NCBI RefSeq assembly: GCF_002113885.1
Contig: NW_018407322.1
Span: 1,105,026-1,169,025, forward strand
Origin: Mizuhopecten yessoensis
Taxonomy: Eukaryota
Direction: 5' to 3'
Length of the DNA: 64,000 nucleotides
Shown here: piece by piece, positions 28,101-41,475 of the stretch
Numbering within the stretch: position 1 is the stretch's first letter
Layout of the letters: each line of letters starts with the position of its first letter
Notes under the pieces: generated by a model
Told to the model about the DNA's origin: nothing
Database searches by the model: none
Seen by the model: only the letters and a program-made list of their open reading frames with translations
Program-made: the position numbers and the translations under genes

Positions 28101-28344
28101 CAGTTGGCATTCATAGACAAAATTCAATGAAGCGCGCTAGTGCTTCATGTTGAATTTGCCTTTGTCCAGTTGACATCCATATTGCCTATGAATGCCAACT
28201 GAAAACAGTTCAATGCTTAAATAAATCCATGTCAATGTGTTCCGTGTGTGGAAAATATCAAAATGAAATGTGCCTATAAAACTCCAGTAGATATACTTAT
28301 ATGCATTCAATAGTATACACACTTCTATTCCTAGAACATCAACA

Positions 28345-28977
28345 ATGAGTCGAACATGGCAGTCATTTGTTTCCAAACGACGAAATCCTTCAAAGCGTGG
28401 AAAGGAATCGGCGTTGACATTCTGGGTTGTGGACCACACTTGGCAGTCAGGACTATTTGATCAGTTCGAAAAAGTCTGCAATACTGTGTTACAAGTAAAA
28501 CCTACCAGGGTATCTCCCCCTGAGATGGTTTCTTATTGTCAGACAAACCCAATGCGTATCAGCCGTTCGGAATACCCTCTTGTAACTAGGAATGTCGTTG
28601 GAGACGGCAACTGTTTTTTTCGGTGTATAAGTTACCTGCTGTGTGGTTCCGAGGAGCTACACATGGCTGTAAGGAACTGGGTTGTGTGCAATATATCTTC
28701 GCGGGATGTCGGGATGTCAGTAGCTCGCTATGTCCACAGTACCAGAATGGACAGAAAAGGAGTATGGGCAACTGACCACGAAATTATCGCCACAGCAAAC
28801 ATTCTAAATACTGATATCTTTGTGTTCTCTAAGTATGCAAGCGACTGGAAATGGATGGAATTCAGATGTAAGCGAAGAAGACGACGACGAAATATCCCAA
28901 AAAGGTCAATATTTTTGTATCACTATCGGCAGTGTCATTTTAAGATAGTATTTTCTGTAAGACATGTCGGACAGTAA
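28345..28977 (+). CDS. Intronless OTU-family cysteine protease (deubiquitinase-like) ORF, 210 aa, possibly transposon-derived
   Basis: OTU Cys loop VVGDGNCFFRCIS, helix motif H..VR..V, WATDHEI motif and C-terminal catalytic His in CHF. Also a basic KRRRRRR stretch, and a TATAAAA about 70 nt upstream. Confidence 0.75.
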   Translation: MSRTWQSFVSKRRNPSKRGKESALTFWVVDHTWQSGLFDQFEKVCNTVLQVKPTRVSPPEMVSYCQTNPMRISRSEYPLVTRNVVGDGNCFFRCISYLLCGSEELHMAVRNWVVCNISSRDVGMSVARYVHSTRMDRKGVWATDHEIIATANILNTDIFVFSKYASDWKWMEFRCKRRRRRRNIPKRSIFLYHYRQCHFKIVFSVRHVGQ

Positions 28978-29809
28978 AGTCGAACACTTGTGAAAGTCAG
29001 ACAGAATGGTTCGGTAGGTAGTGACACCGTGGCGACTTGTCCGCATGTACTTTCTATATCTGTGATATACTTTTGTTACCATTATAAACAATATGATACA
29101 GATGGTATCGGATATTATTTACGGAAGTAGCGATCCAAGTGACAGTCTGAAATATAGAAATTTAACAATATCTTCGTTTTAACGTCACAAAAGTGTAAGA
29201 ATTAAGATATTAAATGTTACCTGCATAATACTGCTACCTATGTAGGACCCGTTATTTAATTTGTTGGTCTCGAAAAAAACCTCAAAGTTTCAGTCAAAAT
29301 TATAAAATTATTACATCGTCACATATATGACTTTTTATCAGAGAGCTCAGACATTCTGATAGGTTGGTAAATACTTGTAAAAAATGTAAAATGTTCAACA
29401 AAAGAAAGAAACATTTTCATATGACACGCTTCTTCTGTTTTTGATATATTTAAGGTAACAAATAATAATGCATATCTTCCTCTACCCATCTTCTAATGAT
29501 TCTGTATTGGAAAGTGTTATTGCATGAACTGTTAATTGATGGAAATTAAACTTTCAAAATAGTATTCAAGTATTTTGTTTTACAAACCGAAATAGGAATC
29601 AGTGTCGACTTCTGCCAATGTGGTGTCAATCCTGATACCGGGACAAAAAACGATAGGTAGCTATATATTATTAAAATAATTACTCTGTGTTACAAACAAT
29701 AGGGGACATCTTCAATACTTGTTATCATTAAAGCACTAGTTTCAGAAACACCTAACCACATAGCAAACACATCACCCAACGTTTGACCTTACACTCAAAC
29801 CATGACCAA

Positions 29810-31540
29810 CTATTACATTGATTGATACAGTACTATTACATTAATTAAAACAGTACTATTACATTGATTGATACAGTACTGTTACATTGATTGATACAGT
29901 ACTATTACATTGATTGATACAGTACTATTACATTGACTGATACAGTACTATTACATTGACTGATACAGTACTATTACATTGATTGATACAGTACTATTAC
30001 ATTGATTGATACAGTAATATTACATTGATTGACAAAGTAATATTACATTGATTAAAACAGTAATATTACATTGTTTAATACAGTACTATTACACTGATTA
30101 ACAATTAGTATTACACTGATTAATACAGTACTATTACATTTATTAATACAGTACTATTACATTGATTAACAATTAGTAGTACACTGATTAATACAGTACT
30201 ATTACATTGATTAAAAATTAGTATTACACTGATTAATACAGGACTANATATTACATTGATTGACAAAGTACTATTACATTGATTAACACAGTACTATTAC
30301 ATTGATTAACACAGTACTATTACATTGATTGACAAAGTACTATTACATTGATTAACACAGAACTATTACATTGATTGATACAGTACTATTACATTGATTG
30401 ACAAAGTAATATTACATTGATTGATACAGTACTATTACATTTATTAACACAGTACTGTTACATTGACTGATACAGTACTATTACATTGATTGATACAGTA
30501 CGATTACATTGATTGATACAGTACTATTACATTGATTGACAAAGTAATATTACATTGACTAAAACAGTACTATTACATTGATTGATACAGTACTATTACA
30601 TTGATTAACACAGTACTGTTACATTGATTAACACAGTACTATTACATTGATTAACACAGGACTGTTACATTGATTGACAAAGTAATATTACATTGATTAA
30701 AACAGTACTATTACATTGATTGATACAGTACTATTACATTGATTAACACAGTACTGTTACATTGACTGATACAGTACTATTACATTGATTAATACAGTAC
30801 TATTACATTGATTAACACAGTACTATTACATTGATTGACAAAGTAATATTACATTGATTAAAACAGTACTATTACATTGATTAAAACAGTAATATTACAT
30901 TGATTAACACAGTACTGTTACATTGATTGACAAAGTAATATTACATTGATTTAAACAGTACTATTACATTGATTGATACAGTACTATTACATTGATAGAT
31001 ACAGTACTATTACATTGATTAACACAGTACTGTTACATTGATTAACACAGTACTATTACATTGATTGACAAAGTACTATTACATTGATTTAAACAGTACT
31101 ATTACATTGATTAACACAGTACTGTTACATTGATTGACAAAGTAATATTACATTGATTAATACAGTACTATTACATTGATTGATACAGTACCATTACATT
31201 GATTGATACAGTACTATTACATTGATTGATACAGTACTATTACATTGATTAACACAGTACTATTACATTGATTAACACAGTAATATTACATTGTTTAATA
31301 CAGTACTATTACACTGATTAACAATTAGTATTACACTGATTAATACAGTACTATTACATTTATTAATACAGTACTATTACATTGATTAACAATTAGTAGT
31401 ACACTGATTAATACAGTACTATTACATTGATTAAAAATGAGTATTACACTGATTAATACAGGACTGTTATATTGATTATTGATTAAAACTGTATTATTAC
31501 ATTTATTTATACAGAACTATTACACCAATTAATACAGTAC
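29810..31540. repeat. 23-bp satellite, contains an N at 30247
   Basis: Unit actattacattgattgatacagt and variants, about 75 copies. Confidence 0.95.
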
Positions 31541-31854
31541 TGAAATAGTAAATCAATGTTAATTTGAATAAACAATTGCTTTCTTACTGAGTACATGTAG
31601 TCATTGGAACATTAAGTAATACATCACTATTGCATTAAGTAAGTAATACATACATGTAAGTATTGAACAAGTACATGTTATACACTACTTTACATTAGGC
31701 AGGTAATGAATATTTGCTATATTAAAAAAGAATAAGTCACTGTTATATTAAGTGAAGCAACACTGCCTCGTTATTTCAGCAAAACTGTATAGGTAACACA
31801 CCTCTGTTACATTGAGTAAATGATAAATCAATGTTACTTAAACTTAGATTTAAA

Positions 31855-33870
31855 TCAATGTGACCCTAGGTCAGTTATATATAACTGTGACACTAGGTCA
31901 GGAAAGGTCAGTAATACATAACTGTGACCCTAGGTCAGTAAAGGTCAGTAATACATAACTGTGACACTAGGTCAGTAATACATAACTGTGACACTAGGTC
32001 AGTAATACATAACTGTGATACTAGGTCAGTAATACATAACGGTGACTCTAGGTCAGTAATAGATAACGGTGACACTAGGTCAGTAATACATAACTGTGAC
32101 ACTAGGTCAGTAATACATAACTGTGACACTAGGTCAGTAATACATAACTGTGACACTAGGTCAGTAATACATAACTGTGACACTAGGTCAGTAATACATA
32201 ACTGTGACACTAGGTCAGTAATACATAACTGTGACACTAGGTCAGTAATACATAACTGTGACACTAGGTCAGTAATACATAACTGTGACACTAGGTCAGT
32301 AATACATAACTGTGACACTAGGTCAGTAATACATAACTGTGACACTAGGTCAGTAATACATAACTGTGACACTAGGTCAGTAATACATAACTGTGACACT
32401 AGGTCAGTAATACATAACTGTGACACTAGGTCAGTAATACATAACTGTGACACTAGGTCAGTAATACATAACTGTGACACTAGGTCAGTAATACATAACT
32501 GTGACACTAGGTCAGTAATACATAACTGTGACACTAGGTCAGTAATACATAACTGTGACACTAGGTCAGTAATACATAACTGTGACACTAGGTCAGTAAT
32601 ACATAACTGTGACACTAGGTCAGTAATACATAACTGTGACACTAGGTCAGTAATACATAACTGTGACACTAGGTCAGTAATACATAACTGTGACACTAGG
32701 TCAGTAATACATAACTGTGACACTAGGTCAGTAATACATAACTGTGACACTAGGTCAGTAATACATAACTGTGACACTAGGTCAGTAATACATAACTGTG
32801 ACACTAGGTCAGTAAAGTTCAGTAATGCATAACTGTGACTCTATATCAGTAATACATAACTGTGACACTAGGTCAGTAATCCATAACTGTGACCCTAGGT
32901 CAGTAAAGGTCAGTAATACTTAACTGTGACACTAGGTCAGTTATACATAACTGTGATTCTAGTCAGTAAAACATAACTGTGAAACTAGGTCAGTAAAACA
33001 TAACTGTGACACTAGGTCAGTAAAGTTCAGTAATGCATAACTGTGACTCTATATCAGTAATACATAACTGTGACACTACGTCAGTAATACATAACTGTGA
33101 CACTAGCTCAGTAATACATTACTGGGACACTAGGTCAGTAATACATAACTGTGATCCTAGGTCAGTAAAGGTCAGTAATACATAACTGTGATACTAGGTC
33201 AGTAATACATAACGGTGACACTAGGCCAGTAAAGGTCAGTAATACATAACTGTGATACTAGGTCAGTAAAACATTACTGTGACACTGAGTCAGTAATACA
33301 TAACTGTGACACTACGTCAGTAATACATAACTGTGACACTACGTCAGTAATACATAACTGTGACACTACGTCAGTAATACATAACTGTGACACTAGGTCA
33401 GTAATACATAACTGTGACACTAGGTCAGTAAGACATAACTGTGACACTAGGTCAGTAATACATAACGGTGACACTAGGTCAGTAAAGGTCAGTAATACAT
33501 AACTGTGACACTAGGTCAGTTATACATAACTGTGATTCTAGGCAGTAAAACATAACTGTGAAACTAGGTCAGTAATACATAACTGTGACACTAGGTCAGT
33601 AATACATATCGGTGACACTAGGTCAGTAAAGGTCAGTAATGCATAACTGTGACACTAGGTCAGTTATACATAACTGTGATTCTAGGCAGTAAAACATAAC
33701 TGTGAAACTAGGTCAGTAATACATAACTGTGACACTAGGGCATATATACATAACTGTGACACTAGGTCAGTAATACCTAACGGTGACTCTATGTCAGTAA
33801 TACCTAACTGTGACACTAGGTCAGTTATACATAACTGTGATACTAGATCAGTAAAACATAACTGTGAATT
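31855..33870. repeat. 27-bp satellite
   Basis: Unit taggtcagtaatacataactgtgacac with a perfect core at about 32070-32810. It is the source of the spurious SQLCITDLV ORFs. Confidence 0.97.
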
Positions 33871-35989
33871 TAGTAAAAATATTTAATAAAATCCTACAGT
33901 GATGTTTATTTAAATCAGAGATGCAGTACTGTTATAATGAGTAACGCATTACTACTTTTGAGTTAAGGGGTCTCAGAGACTTTCTAACGGCCTGACGTCA
34001 CCAGATAATGTCGTGATATCGGCACTAAACCGGAAGTCATCAGTGTCACGGCCGTGTTGTTGGACACGTGTCATACAGTCACATCAGTATATGTAATGGT
34101 ACAATACAACAACACAATAATCAGTAGGCAACAGTATCAGACAATATGTAAGGTTGTTCATACACTCCGACAGTTCGACCTTCTTCATTTATTAATGTTT
34201 TGCTAGAACTTTATATTTGAAAATGATTCAAATGACATGGCAATACGTCTTAACAAACAATTAAACAAAGTACAATAAAGCATTAGGTACAAACCAAACA
34301 AAAATACAGAACCGACACACATTTGAGTGAGCACTTACTTTACCAATTCAAAATAGACATGAGTGTGTTTTCCAGTTTTGGCCCCGTGTTTCACATCTAT
34401 CAGTTCCTGTCTGATACACAAACATATTCTTTTTAATGTGAGATCATATACTACGAGAAAAAACCTAATGAAGCCTTTATTTGGTCATATATCAAAAAGT
34501 TAGTTTCCGTTTATAGGTTTTATTCCAAAGATTTTCCTCGCATGCAAACTAACAATAATTGAGTTTTGTTTAGCGGAGTTAATGAGATGACATAAAATTG
34601 GGCTTTTCAAATCGCAATACTTACAATTTCGTGTATAGAAAACGAATAGGTTCTGTATTAGGATGAGAAACGGAATGCAGAATTGGTTCTGTAGTTTATT
34701 CATGTAATTGCATAGTTGCCGGAGGCTAGCTGACCTTCACATTACATTAAATAAGTATACAGTGTATTATCATTAAAAAACCCATTATAAACTGGAACCA
34801 ACTGTTAACAAATGTACCGAGCAAAACAGTTGTTTACTTTTCAATTTGCACAGCCGAATGGTTATTTATCAAGAGTGTCTAATGTGTTGACATCTTGTTA
34901 TAAAACATATATAACTCAAATGACTTTGTCTAGATTGAACCTGCTTCAAGCCTTAACATTAGTAGCCAAAAAAGACACCGTTACAAAGGGTTCATATCTG
35001 AAAGACTTCAGCCTACATTAAACAAATACAGGATTAGTCATCACGACTGATTTCAAACGTTCAAGTTCTCGCTTATAACTCTACTCATATGTCTAAGATA
35101 GTTTGATTTCATAGGATTTTTAACGCTTTTCCCTAGGAACTGTTTAACACCACCAGTTTTTGTCACGAAGAGGTCATAATGTCTTTCAGCATCAACTCTG
35201 AGCTCCTATTTGCTCTGCTACTTGTTTGGATACCCGTTGTCCGCCCTTTTGTTGCCGACTTATGATGTCTTTGTTTCGTTGTCACTTCTGTTGTTGTTAC
35301 TGTTCTGGCCTTGTCCTGATGTACAATGTAGTTGACGATACGGTGATTTATTTTACGTATTGCATAATCGATGCTTATGAAAATGTTTTGTGAATGCTTA
35401 CAGGTTTAACTGATAGACACGTCCACAAGGTCGCGCTAGGATCATGAGGATGCAATAATTCTGGAGGCTTCTTTGGTTTCTATGGAAACTGGGAGAATGA
35501 CACATATAATCAAACGGCTTACATTCCAGTCCTGACTGATACACCGCAGGTAAGCACCAAAGTTTTACAGGAGAATAATGGACGGAAAGCAATAATTTGA
35601 CGTATTAAGGACTTGAATAACATTATAAATATTTATGATGTAATGCAACACAGTACGTGGGCACCCCAAAGTGCGTTAAGAATATTACATTTTGAATGCT
35701 TGTATTTATATTAAGAAACTAAAATTAAGATTACCTTTTTTCTGTAATAATTCTAATGGTCCAGGTTATATTTAAAAAAAAAAAGATCAAATGACAGAAA
35801 ATATCTTTCATGGTGTTGCATTTAGCTACGATTAGTCAAATCAATAAAAACAAAATTCGTCAATATTTCAATTCGATGTCACTGCATGATTGGTCCCAGA
35901 TTGCCATAACAACAAACAATTTCTGATTAAAAACAAACAACAACAAAAATACACGTGATAATAATTTGACAAGTGGAGCAGTTAGTTTG

Positions 35990-36100
35990 CTATTTTCCCC
36001 TGTAACAGGATATACCACATCACATTGATATTTTCCCTGTAACAGGATATACCACATCACATTGATATTTCCCCTGTAACAGGATATACCACATCACATT
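35990..36100. repeat. ~38-bp tandem triplication
   Basis: ttttcccctgtaacaggatataccacatcacattgata, 3 copies. Confidence 0.85.
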
Positions 36101-36867
36101 CAGCAACAGACATCGCCTTAGAGCAATAGACAAATAGTTAACAAACTTGCTATGAAGCTTTCACATACTGCGTTACTTTTGTATTTTATCTGTGTCCTTT
36201 GTTAATTATTATATTTTCGAGAAAATCTACTAAAATTGTCTAAATTGTTACAAGAGCAATGTCAATTTTGATTTTGTTCATTTAAATTCTTGATAAGATA
36301 AGTCTAGTAGGTGGTAAACCCGCGGTTTAGACATATTCTTTACCCCCTGGTGGTATTTCCATATCCCTTTAACCTACATATGATATGATTTATTATGTAC
36401 ATACGGGCAAAATAGACTTTAGATATGCAAATTCAAGAAGGTGACGAATTATACATTTGCTATATAATGTAAATTAAGGAAATAATGCGTTAACTAATTT
36501 TGCATACACCTTTCATATTCATAGACAAAAAATATCTTTATATGCTTTTCAAACTTAGTTATACAATTGCATATGGTTTTATTATTTCTTGATATTTTTC
36601 ATATATCAAGAGTAAAATCCCGAGAAAATATTCCCTCCCTGCAGGTTTTGTAATAAAAAGTAAGATATGGAAAAAAACGTTCATTAGTCGTTTTTTTAAC
36701 AATCTTTTGCATTAAATCTGGGACAAAAACGTGAAATATTGACATCGGAAATAAATAGCATTGATTATTGTATCAATATTTAAATTATCATTTTACAGAG
36801 GATTCAACGCTTAGAATATGAAAAACACGTCTAAAATCCGAGTTGTCATTGCTTGTCGATGAAACAA

Positions 36868-37359
36868 GGGGAGTTACAGTGCCATCAGGATGAGTGTGGC
36901 TCGGGTATTTCTACAGGAGAGTTACAGTGCCATCAGGATGAGTGTGGCTCGGGTATTTCTACAGGAGAGTTACAGTGCCATCAGGATGAGTGTGGCTCGG
37001 GTATTTCTACAGGAGAGTTACAGTGCCATCAGGATGAGTGTGGCTCGGGTATTTCTACAGGAGAGTTACAGTGCCATCAGGATGAGTGTGGCTCGGGTAT
37101 TTCTACAGGAGAGTTACAGTGCCATCAGGATGAGTGTGGCTCGGGTATTTCTACAGGAGAGTTACAGTGCCATCAGGATGAGTGTGGCTCGGGTATTTCT
37201 ACAGGAGAGTTACAGTGCCATCAGGATGAGTGTGGCTCGGGTATTTCTACAGGAGAGTTACAGTGCCATCAGGATGAGTGTGGCTCGGGTATTTCTACAG
37301 GAGAGTTACAGTGCCATCTGGATGAGTGTGGCTCGGGTATTTCTACAGGAGAGTTACAG
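36868..37359 (+). repeat. 48-bp minisatellite derived from bZIP exon-3 coding sequence
   Basis: Ten near-identical units encode GELQCHQDECGSGIST, homologous to GKLQSDLEECGCAIST in paralog B exon 3. Confidence 0.92.
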
Positions 37360-40300
37360 TTATTCCAACAAGAGTTCGGAGTACGTATCATTGACAAAAG
37401 GTCCATTAGACCATCCAGCGAAGTAAATGGACAGGCTGACGGACACTACAAGGTCAGTGAAGCTGCTGTAAAACGAGAAATTTTCTCTGAGATAAATTGA
37501 AATAAGATTTTTTTTTTGTGAAGGGGGAATAGCAGAATAATCAGATAAATGGACGGGAGGATGAACAACGTTTCTATGTTTAATGTTTTATAGACGTCGA
37601 AGGGGACGTGTGTCAGACCTCAAACAGGACTTTTAAATACCTATATACACGTATATATTGTAATGTTTAGCTGAAGACAGCCATTGGTGAAGGTACTGAT
37701 TTTCTGCGTAAAGTAAAAATACAGTTATATGAAATCGGGAAGATATCTTTGTGAAATCGTCAATGTTTAAAAGAAGATGATTAGAACACCGAGTCTTCAT
37801 CACAGGGATGTGGCACGGATCTGCATTAATACACATAGTTTAGGACCGTGTGCTTGAGGGTTTTTTCTACGTTTAATCTGTACTTAAAATACTTACAAAG
37901 TGTAAACATACTATAAAACTATATATAACAGCACCCAATTGTATCTGTTAAAGATTTAATCTATTTAATACAGTGTGCTTTAGTTGCATCTTCTATAATG
38001 AACCCATTTAAAGGATTTCTGTTCAGTAAAAGCTATATTTCGATATATTATATTAATTTATTTTATACTTTATTAAATATACATTAGTTATACTATATTC
38101 ATTTAATTTATGTTTTATTTATATATTTAGACCCTTTTTAAAGAGATCTATCCACATATTTCCTGAACTTATTATTAACTCCAAGATGTTTGTGCTGATC
38201 TATTATTTTATTGAGATTGAAGTACAATTAAACTAAACGGGAGTTGTAGTAAGATACTCTCATGATTTAAGATTTGTCGGGGTGGAAAGGCAGTAGCCAG
38301 TCTTTAGACCATTTATCAAATATTCCTGTAAGTTTGCATTCACTACATACACAATGATGTCTAGTGTTTGTTAGGAGTATATCAATTCGTTTTAGTATGA
38401 TCCGATACATAGTGACTTAAGTCCAGTGGGTTTTGCAAAATGATCTAGGTATATTTAAATAATTAATTATATCTGTGAAAAGAACGAAATATTTCTTTTG
38501 TTTTCTATTTTTTTCATTGTCAGTCCTAGGAATTCAAAACATATAAACAAAGACCCGAGAAAAAACCCAAAAATGCTAAGAACTGATTTCTACATTATCT
38601 TTGGATTCCTGATTGATATATTAATATATCGTTGTAAAAACGGGACAAGACAATACTGCACAAATTTATGTTAGTCCCGGAAGACAATCAAGCACTTATA
38701 TGATAATCATAATTACAATTGTAATACCAGAACACTCGCTACTATACCGTAGTCTGACATAGCTAATCGATAACACCCATATATAAACAGTGTGTAGTGT
38801 GGTTTTCTTTTGTATCACAGGTAGGTCACACATACACATAACGTAGTGTATACACCTCACTTAACGTAGTAAGATATCTATTTATAGAGTCATACTTGTA
38901 GTTATATATTGATACCGGCTTTAACCGGTTTAAACCGGTTACTCGAGTGGAACTTATCTGATACCGACTTTAACCGGTCTAAACCGGTCGCGGTAATGGA
39001 ACCTCTTGAATCAGTAATTTCTAAAAATAGATATATGCTGACAAAACAAAATTACCTCCCTTTATTTTAGTATTTTATAGTTAATCTTGGTCAGTGAGAT
39101 GATTTCAGAAAACGTCCGGTCAAATTTTCTGTGACTCTTTACGTTGGATGTATTTTGGACTTACCACATATACAGAATTGTATTAATGAATGTAAGTATA
39201 AAATCCACTTAATTAAAAATATATTGTTTGGTGTTTTTGGTATTATTTTTGAAAGTTAGAGATATGTATTGACTGCTAATGTTTTCGCTAATGTTAGTTA
39301 TACTATTGATATCGATATCAGAAATAGAAACCACATCAAATCCGAGGAATAATACTGGCTATGAGGGCATATGGCAGTCACCTCGTAATGTCATCGTTCT
39401 ATTCGTTCTATTTAAAGTCCCCCCCCCCCCCCCCCCCCCCANCCCCGATAAATCATAATAATTCAATGATCAACCGATCGACTGACAAATGATCCTAGCA
39501 CAATAGCATCGTTGTCGTCTGCCAACAGATCGTCTCACTCCTCATTTTATATTGATTGTCGACTATGAAGATGTTGCTTTATATATACCGTGAGGAGTAT
39601 TTTACCTATGGAGTGATAAACAAGCGAAAGCGGTAAATCAAATAGCCCGTTGTCAAGGACAACTGTAGAATATATTTACTTTTTTATTTGCAGAAAATAC
39701 CATATCAATACCAAGTTGAATGCACATCATCATACATGTATAGACAAATTATCATAATCACTGATGAAACCCGATTGTAATCGGAATAATAAATTCATAT
39801 GACATGAGCAACTCTGCTACAGTCTAATATATATCAAAGCCTATATAAAAACCGTGTACCAGAGGATTCCCTTCAAAATTTTACGTAAGTCATTTGATTT
39901 TCCACTTACTTTCGATTTAAATACATATTGCTACTAGTGCTATAGAGAGTATTTGTTATATTTACAAGATCAAAAGAAACGTTGCCATTCTGCATCAAAT
40001 GCTTACTGAACTTACTTAAGGTTAGTAAGTAAACTTTCAATTCTGAAATAGCAAGAAGTCGATTGCAACTATATCCAAAATATGGTAATCTTATAAGTAA
40101 ATGCATTTTTCTTTGTATTGTTTGATTACATTGTATGTCTTGATTTGACCTTCAGTATTTCAGCCGATATCTCCATGTTTTGTTGTATTACATGTATCAA
40201 AAGCAGTGAACATGTTTTCTTTTTCTTTTTCCAACCATTTTGAAAGAACTCGTTAAACTCATGATATTGTGATTTAGAATGAAATTCATCATTTTGAAAT

Positions 40301-41475
40301 GAAAGGAAAAATTCTAACAAGAAAATCCAGTAAGTGCGATAATCAAAGTTAATTTACACTATGTCCCAGACATTCTGTTTTTACACTATTTCCCAGACAT
40401 TCTGTTTTTTACGTTCCTTATTGAATAAATGTATCTTACTGTTCAATTACAAGTGAAGTAGCTTCAATTGACATCATATCGTTGACAATAGTAATTTGAA
40501 GTAGGAACGAGCTCAATAAGAGATTGTGAAGGTGAAAAATCAGAAATGATAGAAATGTTATTACAGCTATGAGGAATACAGTAGAAACTTCAATAGAATA
40601 TATATTTTATCTTTCACAAACAATTAAAGAGGAAACAGGAAAACATGACATAAGACAGATAAATTTAATTAACGTGAGGACTTCCATGTCGCAAGATGTA
40701 AACAGAAGCACGGTTCTATTCAGGCTGTAATTCGGAAAACATACTTTACCATATTTGTAAACGTTCATTTGAATATAACGTAACAGGCATTAATCTAAAA
40801 TAAACAAATGTCATTAAATATGTAGTTGCACGAGTGCTAAAAAGTGCTTACTATACACAATTTTCTATTTTTAAACCTTACGTTATCTATGTCGCATGAA
40901 CAGAGTATTCATTAACATATTGCTGACTATGTAAAATATCGGTATGACGTAAAGAACACGTGTTCTGCTCGTCACAAACCGCCAAATATATGAATGTTGA
41001 AACGCTGTATAACATTTCACTTTTCCTAAATACAATTTTATGTAGCCAGATTACAATATTGTTGTAAACAACAGAAACAAGATGTCCACCGGGAACATTA
41101 AGAGTATGTCATGGCTTCAGATTATAAGAAGAAAAAAACAACTTGAAGCCCTCGTCTTTGCCATGCGAATGTTAACGCTATGGCACTACTACAATGATAC
41201 TTTCAAATACTCATAAAACTTGATTAAAAAGCTAACAAACAAATCTGCAACATCGAATGAAATAGTATCGATTAAACTATGTCAAGCCTGACTTATATAC
41301 ATTGATAAAGTATGAGAATCTATGTCAATGCTTTGTTTTGGTTTTGTGTTAAACGAGTTCCCGTTGTCGTTGATCTGTATCGGGTTTTGTCTTTGCGTTG
41401 TTGTAAATACATTAGTTCATTTTTCTTGTAACTCGATGCTTCATATTTTGTTTTGTTATAATTTCAGATTTAACA

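Larger units (their letters stand above)
25900..37500 (+). pseudogene. Disrupted duplicate of bZIP paralog B
   Basis: Retains a TATA/5'-exon block with gtaagt donor (25905-25990, homologous to 39805-39895) and an intron-1 block (26800-27095 vs 40845-41155). Only the last ~12 nt of exon 2 remain with their donor (aaattcaagaag|gtgacgaat 36429-36449 vs 42284-42304). Intron 2 is present, and exon 3 starts at 36799 (RIQRLEYE...) with a 1-nt deletion, a TAA at 36832-36834, an 11-nt deletion and a 48-bp repeat expansion. Confidence 0.85.

Noticed and set aside
31935-33474. Long ORFs of SQLCITDLV repeats
   Set aside because: Products of a stop-free 27-bp satellite frame, with no unique coding sequence or splice context.
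36304-36329. CTAG plus taaacc-cgc-ggttta hairpin as a Helitron 3' end for the 9.3-kb insert
   Set aside because: The orientation is opposite to the OTU ORF, the stem is short, the A/T target context is not met, and it lies 100 bp from the breakpoint.
36853-37500. 215-aa ORF as an independent metallothionein-like gene
   Set aside because: It starts at TTG inside a frameshifted bZIP exon 3, and its length comes from the 48-bp repeat.
39419-39446. Poly-C tract as a G-quadruplex element
   Set aside because: It abuts an N, so its length and context are unreliable.
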